Source: Octopus sinensis (lineage: Eukaryota). From it: a stretch of 64,000 bases of DNA. Positions 13,346 to 26,110 of the stretch are shown here, piece by piece. The DNA lies in NCBI RefSeq assembly GCF_006345805.1, contig NC_042997.1, forward strand, positions 179,738,001 to 179,802,000, written 5' to 3'. The notes below the pieces were generated by a model, which saw only the letters and a list, made by a program, of their open reading frames with translations, was not told the DNA's origin and did not search any database. Both the position numbers and the translations under genes were made by a program. Within the stretch, counting starts at the first letter, position 1. Each line of letters opens with the position of its first letter.

Positions 13346-14475
13346 ATATATATATAGATATAATGGAACAAAAACGCAATAGAGGGCATTAAAACGGTTT
13401 AGATAGATAGATACAAGGCGGAAAGAGAAAAACAATTAGAAGGTCAGGCAAAAAAAGACGGGTCATTCTTGGCTTTATTTCATTAGCCAAGTACCAGAAG
13501 TCACGGCCATTTCGAGCAGTTACACTTGAAATGGTTCGATCTGAAGTGTCTACCTGTTTTTCTGCATGCCTATCTATATATACATGTATACTTATATGTC
13601 TATATATCATAGTAACTCCAACAGCAATCCTCGAAAATGAAACCTCGAAATATATATTCTTAACAAATATGAACAGTACCTAAATACAATAGTATAGAAG
13701 AACTCTACCGATTAGAGAGATTTCCAAAGTATATCTTCCTTTACTGACTTTATGCCCGTTTATTTCAATTCCCATCTCTCTCGCTTTTATCTTTCTCTCT
13801 CTTTCTTTATACCCTCTCTCTCTGTCTCTTTCTCTCTCTCATTCGTTCACACTTTCTCTATCCCCTCCTCTCTTTCTCTCTACCTATTTTCTACTGCTGA
13901 TGGGTTTGCAATACAACGAGTGGTTGTTCTGTCTAATTCTCGTGTGGCTTTATGCAGTAGAATTACATCAGGCGATATCGGGAAAAACCTACAATGCAAA
14001 GATAATTCACTGAGCTTGCACGTATCACGCTATTATTTCGCACAAACTCATTTGGAGCGGAAAGAAATCATCCAGTTCATGTGAAAGAGCTCGGTATGTT
14101 CAGCCTAATGTTTCACAGTAAACAGAACATTTTACTATTGCTGAACATCTGCCATTCTAATTGTAGGTAGATGACTTGTCTGTGGAAACGCATGGGCTGT
14201 TCGTTTCCTGTTGACCAAAGCTATACGATACATGTCCATCTGAAGTCTCGCCTGTTGTGTGAGTCAGATGTCTGTAATTCTTTCATTACTGTTTAAATAT
14301 ATCACGAGATACATATAACTTGGTGAAGATTAACTTTTAGCTCTCTCAATGATGAGTCGTCACTTCTTCGGTTGAGGAACTGTTGTTAGCACATATAAGT
14401 TAACTGAGGGAGTTTCGAATATATACACCATAGTATGTATGGAAGTACGCATGCATGTATCTATCAATCTCTCTT

Positions 14476-14513
<38 letters not shown>

Positions 14514-14566
14514 CAATCAATCATGTATGCATGTATGTATGTATGCATATATATATATATATGACC

Positions 14567-14637
<71 letters not shown>

Positions 14638-14697
14638 TTTTTATTTATTTATTTCATATTTATATTTATTTATAACTTAACCTTATTTACTTTATAA

Positions 14698-14823
14698 AAT
14701 CTCTGACAAAGCCTAGAGTAACACCCAAATACCTCAATTCCATCTACTTATTACTTCAGTCTACTGGTGGAATAAAAATAGAATGAGGTATTTTTGCCTC
14801 TTCGCTGAAACAGCTGTAAGTTA
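14698..14823 (+). ncRNA. Hammerhead-like motif with ~95-nt extended helix II (variant core)
   Basis: CTGACAA (14703-09), AGC...GCT closing a long hairpin (aaatacctca/tgaggtattt, ttatt/aataa, cagt/actg), GAAA (14807-10), palindromic ACAGCTGT and GTA triplet. Confidence 0.5.
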
Positions 14824-15024
14824 TTTCCCCAATTTATATTCCTGTATGTTATATTTTAATAATTACTGGTATATTTATACGTTAATATATTTTATATGTA
14901 AAGCATAATGTGTTATATATGTATACGCTTGTAATTGTCATTTTAGTAAATAAATAAATAAGTTGACATAATATAACGTCGAAAAGTTGATGAACCACCT
15001 ATTGATTCCTCCATTTTCTTATTG

Positions 15025-15059
<35 letters not shown>

Positions 15060-15063
15060 GATA

Positions 15064-15104
<41 letters not shown>

Positions 15105-15178
15105 CCTAACGATCATCACTGAATGCCCTAACCACTACGTCACGCGCCTTTACACACATACATACACACACACACGCA

Positions 15179-15267
<89 letters not shown>

Positions 15268-15404
15268 GGTATAAATGGAGATAAGCACTGTTAGGTTTGA
15301 TTATAAATACAATTTCCTGGAGTACAAAAGAAAAGCAAAATACACTGCAGAATAAGATAAGAAAATATATAATTTCATAACTCGACAGCAATAATCATAA
15401 TGAT

Positions 15405-15969
15405 CTTAAATTTCAGATGAAATATGGAAAATGTCATCGATATGAAGCTAGTAGCTAGTCATATGAAGATATTACAAGTTAGGCTACCCTCACCAAGAGA
15501 ATATTGGCAAATGTGGTTCATATAGTGGTGCTAGCAAAAATAAACGGTTTAACGGAGAGAAGAATCAGAAAGAGATCACGGGTGAGGGAAAAAGGAAGAA
15601 CGAAAAGTTCTAGAACGTAAGAAGGAAGGGAAGATAAACTTAAAATCGGTCAACGAAAAGAACCGTCACGGTTGGTAAAAATAACGTTAAGCTGTCCATA
15701 AATCAGGCATATCAACTGACCAGAATATGGACAGCTGACATTCCTAACTCTTTCTCTTTTTCTCTTTTTACTTGTTTCAGTCATTTGACTGTGGCCATGC
15801 TGGAGCACCGCCTTTAGTCGAGCAAATCGACCCCGGGTCTTATTCTTTGTAAGCCCAGTACTTATTCTATCGGTCTATTTTGCCGAACCGCTAAGTGACG
15901 GGGACGTAAACACACCAGCATCGGTTGTCAAGCGATGTTCGGTGGACAAACACAGACACACAAACATAT

Positions 15970-16014
<45 letters not shown>

Positions 16015-16685
16015 TACGACAGGCTTCTTTCAGTTTCCGTCTACAAAATCCACTCACAAGTTTTTGGTCGGCCCGAGGCTATAGCAAAAGACACTTGCCC
16101 AAGATGCCACGCAGTGGGACCGAACCCGGAACTATGTGGTTGGTAAGCAAGCTACTTACCCCACAGCCACTCCTGCGCCTATGTATGTAAGGTCTTTATA
16201 ATTTTTCCTAGTTATGATATCTGCTAATTATAATATGATTGTGTCTAAATTTCTAATCCGCCTTATTCTCTTTCTCTCGGTATACTTTCCTCCTCTGATA
16301 TTCCCTCCCCTACTCCTTTGTCTTAATACTGTATATCTTTCTGCCTCTTCGTCAGGTCAGTTGACATTCCTAACTGATTTAAGGTCTGATTCCCATTATC
16401 TTTACCACACGTAACGTTTCCTTTTGCTAAGTCTACTTTAATTTTATCTCCTCATACATTTCTTCTTATATTCTAGAAGTTATCCATCTTTCTCTCACCC
16501 CTGATTTTGTTCTGATTCCTCTCTCTCTCTCTCTCTTAAGCCAATTTGTTTTCTACTCGCACTAATATGTGAACCGCATTTGTGAATATTCTCTTAATAA
16601 GTGTAGTTGGGCTTAATCTCATTACTTCAAGTGAGGGGTTATCGGTCACATATTCGAACATTTTCAACCTTTCATCTGCAATTTA
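15405..16685. repeat. Old ~320-bp inverted repeat pair (15405-15722 vs 16350-16685) flanking a SINE
   Basis: Colinear blocks by eye: cagatgaaa..gaaaatgt, aagagaatatt..caaatg.ggttca, gaatcagaa, ttctagaa..taagaag, tggtaaa.ataa, tcaactgacc. Confidence 0.65.
15748..16180 (-). mobile_element. Full-length tRNA-derived SINE family A
   Basis: Head aggcgcaggagtggctgtg...ggttcggtccc, internal TA/TG tract and tail gactgaaacaagtaaaaagag. Confidence 0.92.
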
Positions 16686-16752
16686 TGATTAATATGACTA
16701 TCCCGTGACCCCGTGATAGATCTATCTATCTATGTATCTATCTATCTATCAA

Positions 16753-16784
<32 letters not shown>

Positions 16785-16785
<1 letters not shown>

Positions 16786-17135
16786 CAATGATAAATCTCA
16801 GAGCAAGTTATAAACAGTAGCGGTAACACATCGTGTTGCACATTTGCCATTTGAATATGGCTAACCCATAAGGGTGGATGCTACTGTAGTTTGTAGCCCC
16901 AGGAAGATATCTCCTCCAGCTGGCCATAGACACACTATCTGTGTCCTGTCAGTATTTGTGAAGGGGAGTCATCCTCCCCGTCTTCAACACATGACACACA
17001 CGTACCCGAGTTTCAAGGTGTTTACCTTTCATCAGCGTGTGACAATCATGGTTGTCGATGAGAAGTCAGATCCCTTCACAAATACATATACTTTTTCCAG
17101 TGTCGATTTGACACTGATATTGAAAAAGTGAAATC
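16785..17135 (-). mobile_element. Short structured hammerhead-bearing element, same family as 60734-61109
   Basis: ggatgctactgtagtttgtagccccagg...gacacactatctgtgtc aligns with the reverse complement of 60995-61060. Contains the hammerhead below. Confidence 0.65.
16997..17041 (-). ncRNA. Intact minimal type-I hammerhead ribozyme motif
   Basis: Minus strand CACACG CTGATGA AAGGT-aaac-ACCTT GAAA CTCGG GTA CGTGTG: 6-bp helix I, canonical core, 5-bp helix II, short quasi-palindromic helix III, GUA triplet. Confidence 0.85.
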
Positions 17136-17214
17136 AAACGATATATGTATCAGCCTCCCTCTTTCTGTCTCTCTAGTTGCACAAGATCTCCTTGATTGTA
17201 TCAAGAACGATGAA

Positions 17215-17502
17215 AACTTTTTGAAAACTTTGCATACGCTTCTGAGCCGGAATCGCCAAGCTATTTGTAAAATTTGATGCAGATTCTTTGTTCAACTTTT
17301 ACTGTTATGGTCATTGCGACGATCCGTGGCTACACACCTTCCTTTCAAGCACTGCTGTAAACAGCGGAAGTGAGTTACAACGTCAAACCCTAGTACAAAC
17401 ACACAACAGAGTTCAAGGTCAATCTGTACCAAGTGGTTATACTCTGCGTTCCTTAGCTTAGTTACTTTGGCAACTGTTCGAATACTTATTGATCACGCCG
17501 TG
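17215..17502 (-). mobile_element. 5' end of a mariner-like transposon
   Basis: TA followed by a CACGGCGTGATCAATAAGT TIR-like end. Translation EQRICIKFYK*LGDSGSEAY resembles the mariner N-terminal HTH. Confidence 0.7.
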
Positions 17503-17808
17503 TATATGTATATGTACATATGTATGTATCTATGTATGTACGCATGTATGTATGAATGTAGATATACATATATATATAGTATGTATACATATATATATAT
17601 GTATATATACATATATGTTCTATATATTGGTATATAAACATATATATATGATATATACATATATATATATAGATATAGATATAATATAACATATAGATAT
17701 ACATATATATATGTATATATATATATATTAGATATATATATATATACATATATATATGTATATATACATATATATATTATATATAATCTAATACATAATA
17801 TATATATA

Positions 17809-17926
<118 letters not shown>

Positions 17927-18602
17927 GGGAATAAATCCAAACTTACAGGGAAAAATTAGATTTAGGATTAAATCCAATATTATAGTATAAATATATTATA
18001 TTATATTATATGAAATTAGAGATAAAACCACTATTAGGCAAACAGTGAAAAACATAAGCCAATACATAAAATTAATTTAAAAATATAAAAGTTAAAAAAT
18101 CATTTAAATAATTAAACTTATAAATTTTAAATATATATACATACAAATATATATATATGCAAATATATATATATGCATATATATATGCATATATGTATAT
18201 TTTTATATTTATTTATTTATTAATTTAAATTTTTTTTAATTGTACATACATACATACATACATATATATATATATGTGTGTGTGTGTGTGTATCATAACA
18301 ATAATTCTAGGATATACATCACCACGAGCGTTTCCACAAATCACATGACTCTAACATCAGAGTCCGTATCCTTCGGATGGATGCGGTATAATCCGTATTA
18401 TCCGCGGCATCTGGCTGATCATCATCATTGATTCATTTCCTCAGTCGCTACTGCATTAGTGGATGAATAACAAAGGAATGTTTGTCCCTTCTTGCCAGTA
18501 TGAAGGTCAATCGAGCTATGTGGATATTTCTGTATGTACTTGGTAGGGAAAGATAGGTGATGGGAGGAGAGGAAGTAGATGGTAGAAATATTGGGATGGA
18601 GG

Positions 18603-18828
18603 CTAGCTGGCAGAAACGTTAGCACACCGGGCGAAATGCTTAGCGATAATTCATCTGTTTTATGTTCTAAGTTCAAATTCCGCCGAGGTCTACTTTACCT
18701 TCCATCCTTTCGGGGTCGATTAAATAAGTAACAGTTACGCACTGGAATCGATGTAATCGACTTAATCTCTTTGTTTGTCCTTGTTTGTCCCCTCTATGAT
18801 TAGCCACCTATGGGCAGTAAAGAAATGA
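18603..18828 (+). mobile_element. SINE family B with ~18-bp TSD
   Basis: gaaatattgggatggagg (18585-18602) and ggaatatggggatggagg (18829-18846) flank a family B body. Confidence 0.88.
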
Positions 18829-19032
18829 GGAATATGGGGATGGAGGTGTGTGTGTAGTGGTGGTGAATTTATTTGATATTCATTCTGCAGATTTCAAGGT
18901 TGGTCATTCATTCAGCAGATTTAAGGATGGGTAGTACATTTCTTTGTTCTATTTCATTTAAGTCGTGACTCTCCTCAAAAAATTCTGAAGCCAACATGTG
19001 GTGAGTTGCTATGCATAAGTATAAACACACAT

Positions 19033-19077
<45 letters not shown>

Positions 19078-19222
19078 ACACACACACACACATACACACA
19101 AACACACATATATGTGTGCGCGTGTGTTTATACTCCCCCCATTTAAGTGCACACGTTGAAAAACATGATGACTAAGGCATGCACACGCAAACTCAGAGTT
19201 GCGTTTATCTGTCTATCTATCC

Positions 19223-19250
<28 letters not shown>

Positions 19251-19253
<3 letters not shown>

Positions 19254-19388
19254 GAAGCACATGGCTTAGTGGTTAGGGTGTCAGAATCATGATCGTAAGA
19301 TAGTAGTTTCGGTTCTTGAACGGGCGACGCGTTGTTTTCTTGAGCAAAGCCGGGCACATGAGCCTGGTTAGGCTTTAAAAGGGCGCAT
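19251..19388 (+). mobile_element. Truncated tRNA-headed SINE (family C relative)
   Basis: gtggaagcacatggcttagtggttagggtg (A-box), a degenerate B-box and cttgagcaa. Confidence 0.6.
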
Positions 19389-19431
19389 TATTATATATAT
19401 ACATATGCATATATATATATATATATATATC

Positions 19432-19464
<33 letters not shown>

Positions 19465-19607
19465 AATATAGATATATATATATAAGATATTATATATATA
19501 TATATATTAAGATATATATATATATATATTTTATATGTATTATATATATATCTATATATATATATTAGATATAATATATATATATACATATATATATATA
19601 TATCTAC

Positions 19608-19643
<36 letters not shown>

Positions 19644-19762
19644 GATAACATATATAAATATAGACGTATTATACAAATTATATATAACATACATACATTA
19701 TATATGTATATACATATTATATACATTATACATATATTATAATATATTTATAATATATATAC

Positions 19763-19794
<32 letters not shown>

Positions 19795-19827
19795 TTCTAA
19801 TATACATATATACATATATTTATATAT

Positions 19828-20053
19828 ACACACACATTTATTTATATGGGTATTTGTGTCTATATACGCATGCGCGTTTTTATATGCGTATTTATTTATT
19901 CATAGTTGCATATTATATGTAACTTTAAAAGAAATTCCAGAACGTGTTAATTCTAACGTGCAAATCATCATTACATTTCGAAATAAACGGATTGACTTCA
20001 CACTCTATCGTTACGCACAGGATCCTTACACACTTGTACATTCATACTCAAAT
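19828..20053 (+). repeat. ~225-bp segment duplicated at 27540-27764
   Basis: Near-identical acacatttatttatatggg...cattcatactcaaata at both sites. Confidence 0.92.
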
Positions 20054-21624
20054 ACACACAAAGGCTCCCAAACGAGCGTGCGCGGACACACTAACTCACG
20101 TGTACAGTTGTGTCTGACCGTGCGCTTGTATGCACTCGTGCTATTTTATTGGATTTTTATACATAGTCTCGTAAAACTTCTTGTTATGCTTCAATTCATC
20201 TGCTTCACTAATTAATGCACTTTCAAGTGATATATAGGCCAAATGTCTTGTACTTTGTTATCGAGATCCGGTTTTTATATCATTTATAAATCCGTCTATG
20301 TACTTTGGCAAGTATGTTATCCATTGAGGGTTGATTTTATCCCATCCTATACTCTTTAAGCTACAGTAGACGCAAATGAGTCTTCGTCATGCATAGCAAA
20401 TGCTTTGATGGATTTGCGACCAAGAATTCTAATTTTTTTGTTTTCGTTATATATACCTTGAAGATAACGCTTGCTTGATTGTAAATCAAATTGTGCTGAT
20501 TTAACCGAATTTGGTGATTACTCATACAGAACCATAATGTTGAAGTCAAGTTAAGTTTAGCTATTATAGCAACGAATACGTTTTAGAAATTTACAGACTA
20601 AAGATAAAATGCCAAGTTCCATCTTTTTTTTTTCTTTTTTGTCATTTTAATGTAATTCTATCGCTGTAGAAGTGAATCACAGTATGAACCGTCGAGTTTG
20701 TTGCCTGGCATAGTCAGATATCTGACAAGGGATCAAATGGTTTGTCATTAACCAACAGTTATTGACGTTTTAATGTTTTCAGATTTGTCACATTAGTTCT
20801 CAGCAGCCGCTTCTCTAATTTGTATGCATCACGCCGTGTTGTTCTAGTTGTCATTTTGAGGAAAAAGATTTAATAAAGTTGACAAAAGAAGTATCTATAA
20901 CAATGACTTTGATAAAACTAAATATTAACATACATTGTCTACGGTAGTAACAGGTGTTTTTATACGTAGCTGTGTGTGAAATAAAGGATAGCTGAATAGA
21001 AGACAAAGAACTGTCAATGTTTTATAAACGTGGGTTAAATGGTACATAGCCCCCGGTTGCAATAAATAAAACTTCTTCGAAGTGTCACGAAATTTCTAGA
21101 TTTCTATGGGTTTATTAATGCTTCAAGAAAATTCTCTTCACATATAAATGTGGCAAGTAAAATATTCTGTTTTGTCTGTCAACATCTTACTACACTAATG
21201 TCAAATAGAATTGGTTGCACGTTGGTAACGTTCGGGTACGTGTTGTAGCATTCTCTGATTAACATTACCAAATAGGGCAATGTTAATCGAAAGCAAATTT
21301 AATCTTAAACCTAGATGTTCTAACGTCCCCATAATACAAACAACTGACTCACTCAGTATATTTAGTAATAGATTCGACCAGTAGACATAGAATTAAGATG
21401 TACAATGTATTTATGCATATTTAGACGTTACTCAATTTATAACTTACTCCTAAAGAAAACTAACTCCTGTATGCAATCATGGTTTTCGTTAAACGCAACG
21501 AAATCCAAATAGTTGGACGAGACTTGTTACCATTTTGTATCACAAGGTAGGGATAGAGTTTAATTATACGAGCTATTACTACCGCTACTACTCGTAGCTA
21601 TTACTACGCTGTATCTTTATAGTG

Positions 21625-21671
<47 letters not shown>

Positions 21672-21715
21672 ATGTATATATTATATGTGTATATATATAT
21701 ATATATATACATATA

Positions 21716-21836
21716 TACAACAAGGTTTTTAAGTTTCCGTCTACCAAATCCACTCACAAGACACTTGCCCAAGGTGCGACGCAGTGGGATTGAACCCGGA
21801 ACCATGTGGTTGGGAAAGCAAGCATCTTGCCACGCA
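21716..21836 (-). mobile_element. SINE family A fragment
   Basis: agtttccgtctaccaaatccactcacaagacacttgcccaaggtg...accatgtggttgggaaagcaagc. Confidence 0.8.
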
Positions 21837-21852
21837 CACACACACGCATATG

Positions 21853-21918
<66 letters not shown>

Positions 21919-22324
21919 GAGAACAGAACGTACATTAGGGCATGTCTACAAACGTATTGCATAAAGCCAGAGAAATCTCGAAACCATCGTATTACGGGCA
22001 AGACTCAAAATGGTCGCATGACTTCTGATACCGTACTGCCTCAGAATTAAAAAAATCTGGTTTTAGTTGCACAATATTTGCTAATGAAGAAAAGAAAGTC
22101 ATGCTTGAAATGCCCTTGAGCAGAGGTCTCTTAGATCAGAGCAGAGCTGTGGCTGCAAGCTATCTCACTACAGAGCTGATTCTCAGCACATTTATCAGAA
22201 AGAAAAATATTTTATAATATTTGATTTTTAACTTGAATGGAAAACCCTAGCTCCATCGTAGCTGTTGGTGAGCTTACCTGAAAAAAATATATTGGTGTCA
22301 TTTGACAAGAAATATATTCATCAT

Positions 22325-22640
22325 GGCGCTCGGTCGGTTACGTGGATGAGCGTTCCAGTTGGTCCGATCAACGGGAAAAGCCTGCTCGTAAAATTAAAGT
22401 GTAAGTAGCTGAACACACCACAGATAAGCGTATCCTTAACGTAGTACTCAGGGACACCCAGCGTGACACGTGACAAGGATGGCCATTTGAAATACAGGTA
22501 CTACTCAATTTTGCCCGCTGAGTGTAGTGGAGCAACGTGAAATAAAGTGTCTTGCTCAAGGACACACACGTCACCGAGAATTGAACTCATGACCTTTCGA
22601 TCTGAGCAGAATAGCATAACTACTAAGTCACGCAACTTCA
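22325..22640 (-). mobile_element. Older tRNA-headed SINE sharing the 3' half of family C
   Basis: The reverse complement aligns with 61570-61745 (cacgagcaggc, gttgatcgga, cgtaaccgac). A degenerate tRNA head lies near 22570-22640. Confidence 0.75.
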
Positions 22641-23341
22641 TTGTTCCTCATTCTTTAGAAGAATGTAGAATGGAAGGTTATTTATGTATAAATGAGATAA
22701 AATTGCTTTAAACAGAAACTAGGAACATTTCGTGATTTGCAGGGAGTAGTATATTCAAGAATTATTTTCAATATAGTATTATGTTTTGAAAATATTGATA
22801 TTTATTGTCGGATAGAAAGTCACATTTAATTGGGGTGGATATCAAAATAATTGGAGTATTTATTTCATAGATTTCGGAGCATTTCTCAACAGTGAAAACA
22901 AAATCATGAAACACATAGCTGCTGGTCGAAATTGTGTTCATGCAGGATAGCTAATACTGCATAAGAATTTGCGCGACTTCAGTTCAGATCAAGCAGACGT
23001 ATAATCACACCTGTGACTATTTCTTCATTTTTAAATGAGGGTCTGCATTTTCAGGTGCAACCTTCCTTTTTTTCTCTAATTCCTTTCTTCTTAAAGGAAA
23101 TTTGACGGTTCTTTCTATCAGAGTAGCCACCACGTAGAGATATTCTCGTTGGCACACAGGAGAATACAGATGAATGGAAATATAATTGTAAATGTGTCGT
23201 AATGTGTTCTAATTTTTAATTGCCTATATTTAGAAAATTTGGAGGTATTTTAAGCTTACTTCTGATTACCTGGTTGATGCAATGTAGTGCAGATTAATAT
23301 ATAGAAGGATAGCGGAGTCTCTACAATGAACTTCATATTGT

Positions 23342-23736
23342 TTTCTACTCTAGGCACAAGACCCAAAATTTTGGTGTAGGGGCCAGTCGATTACATCGAT
23401 CCCAGTACGCAGCTGGTGCTTAATTTATCGACCCCGGAAGGATGAAAGGCAAAGTCAATCTCAGCGGAATTTGAGCTCAGAACATCCAGACAGACGAAAT
23501 ACCTATTTCTTTACTACCCACAAGGGGCTAAACACAGAGAGGACAAACAAGGACAGACAAACGGATTAAGTCGATTACATCAACCCCAGTGCGTAACTGG
23601 TACTTATTTAATCGACTCCGAAAGGATGAAAGGTAAAGTCGACCTCGGCGGAATTTGAACTCAGAACGTAGCGCAGACGAAATACCGTTAAGTATTTCGC
23701 CCGGCGTGCTAACGTTTCTGCCAAGCTCACCGCCTT
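23342..23736 (-). mobile_element. Dimeric SINE family B element with 17-bp TSD
   Basis: Two B cores in tandem with different tails, flanked by aatgaacttcatattgt (23325-23341) and aataaacttcatattgt (23737-23753). Confidence 0.88.
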
Positions 23737-24059
23737 AATAAACTTCATATTGTAACAAGTTTACTCTTTAATGCATTCGGCTACACCATTGGTATTATAT
23801 TAACGATTAAACTCATTCAATAATATTACATCAATAAATATGGGAAGAGACGGATAGAATACATATATCACATCTTTTAATGTTCTGAATTCAGTTCAAA
23901 TCATGGATCAACTAATCTTTCTCAGTTAAGAGGGAATATGCAGGGAGGCGTTCAAAATACATCTCAGTATTTCATTTTAGCGTGCTCAAAACTAAGAAAT
24001 CATTTGATTGCAGGAAGTATAGAAAACATGTATTACTAATGTTCACATTAATCACCGAT

Positions 24060-26110
24060 TAGCCGCTACCTGTAAACACTCTAACGGAACAGAATTAATG
24101 TAAGAAAAAATAGAATACTTAAAAGAAAAGATGAAAATAACTCTGAACACAGGATGAGTACAATACAGCACAAAAATCACTCTAACCATTTATACAAACA
24201 TATGAAATGCATATAACGTAAGCTGACCTGTGAGAAGCAAAACAATGAAATAAAGAAAATTGAACACAACAAAACACTTAAATACCTATGTAATATTAAC
24301 CAACAATAACTGGACCAGAACTACAGCAATACAAATAGGAACACAAGTGAAAATGAGGTATAAGTGTATTACACTGGATATTTTAAAGGTGATAGTGTTC
24401 TAAAAGTGTAAATAAAAAATTCAAATCGATAGCAAAGATACCTAAATATCAAAAGTAGAACCTTCCAACTACACAATGATAAAAAATAATGATAATATCA
24501 CAACATCAATAAAAACAAACATAAATATTAGACTTACGAACATCAATATCACCAGGATAAACAATGTAGTCTATGCAGCAGCTATAATGGTAAAGAAAAA
24601 AAATGTTGGTACTTTCTCAAAACTATTCGTAGATGAACATCTTAACCCTTAACATCTGCAGTAAGCAACGTTAAAAACAAGCACACAGACAAACATAGAA
24701 AGTGAAATTAAACATCCGAAACGAAAAACACGAATTTAAAAGGAAGCGATAGCAAACGAAGCATCATTACAAGAAAAAAATGTTTACGAATTCAAAGGTG
24801 TATAAGATAGAAGATCTTTAAGAAATTGTCAGTAATTTGCTGTTAGGAAATGCTATCGTTCTTTTTGAAGTCAACAAAGAGGTTCGACTGACTGTCTATG
24901 ATTTTAACGCGAAGAATGGGAAAATAATTTAAAATCATTGCCAAGTCAAGTGTAACTGTACCATGAAATGTTCGCCAAGAACAAGAAATGATACGTGCCG
25001 TACACGCGGAGTTGGGAGAAGCAATGATAGCATATAATGTCATTCAGACTCCACAGAAAATGAACGATTAAAAACGCACCATAAATAAGAAAATTTCAAA
25101 TCTTGGTTTAAATATTTAATAGGCATACGCACACGTCGAAAAGAAAACAGAAAATGAAAAAAGGCTGGGAAAACATTCATTGATTTATTGCATAAAGTAT
25201 AAATAATACCTATGTAGCTCACTTAGTGGAAAATCATTTTCATGTCCGAGATCATAAAAATAATCACGCCCCCCCCCCTAAAAACTACAGCCCCATGCTC
25301 CGTATGCTTATAATATTCAACGACTTAACTGGAATAATATTCCAGAAAATACTCACTTGGGAATATATCAATTCACTTACAGTGCAGAAGGGATGATGGG
25401 AAAGCTCATATATTTTTAATGACCAATTGCTGACCAACAAATCCATAATACACGTCTGTTGAAGGAGAAAAACGGGTTTGACGATAGCATGGATTATTTT
25501 TGAAGAAGGCTTTTAACAATTTTCCCTACCTGTGGATGCTAGAAACATTGGCCATGGGCAGATTAATAAATAAGCTCATGAAATATGTCACCATAAATAT
25601 CGGATAATCCTGCAGGTACAAATAAATGTCAGGAAAGAAGATTGCAGACATCATGGATTGCTTAGAAGAATATTTTTGACAATTTTTTTTCTTCCCATGG
25701 ATCCAAGTAACTTGGGCTTTGGGTAAAGTAATAAGCAGGTTCATAGAAAATGACACGGATAAATGGTAAACAACCTCGCAGATGCAAATAAATGAGGGAA
25801 TTATAAAAACGACAACGCAATGCTAGTAGAAGATAAATTTTCTCCTCTGTTTTCCTGCCTGGCGCTAACAGCTTTAAATAGCATGTTGTGAGCAGAATGG
25901 TGTTAGATACAATTTCGACAGGAGGACAATCAATCATAATTTATGTGTGGATGAACTCATGTTGAATATTGCATATGCTGTATATTGTATATGACAAACG
26001 ACTGGAAAGAGTGGTACATAAACTACATAGATTTAATTATGGAACTAACATGAAATTTCGTTCAGAAAAATGAGCCAACGCCACCTTAAAGTGAGGAATA
26101 TTAGTAAAAG
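24060..26110 (+). pseudogene. Decayed R4/Dong-like non-LTR retrotransposon ORF
   Basis: ITRINNVVYAAA; IAWI..KKAFNNFPYLWMLETL (KKAFDSVPH.W-like); INHNLCVDELML (HLLYMDDLKL-like); MKFRSEK*ANATL (MKFGLDKC-like). Boundaries approximate. Confidence 0.75.

Noticed and set aside
13958-14093. Plus-strand exon bounded by AG and GTATGT
   Set aside because: All three frames contain stops.
18320-18415. Further hammerhead relic on the minus strand (GAAACGCTCGT with hairpins)
   Set aside because: No properly placed CTGANGA box or cleavage triplet.
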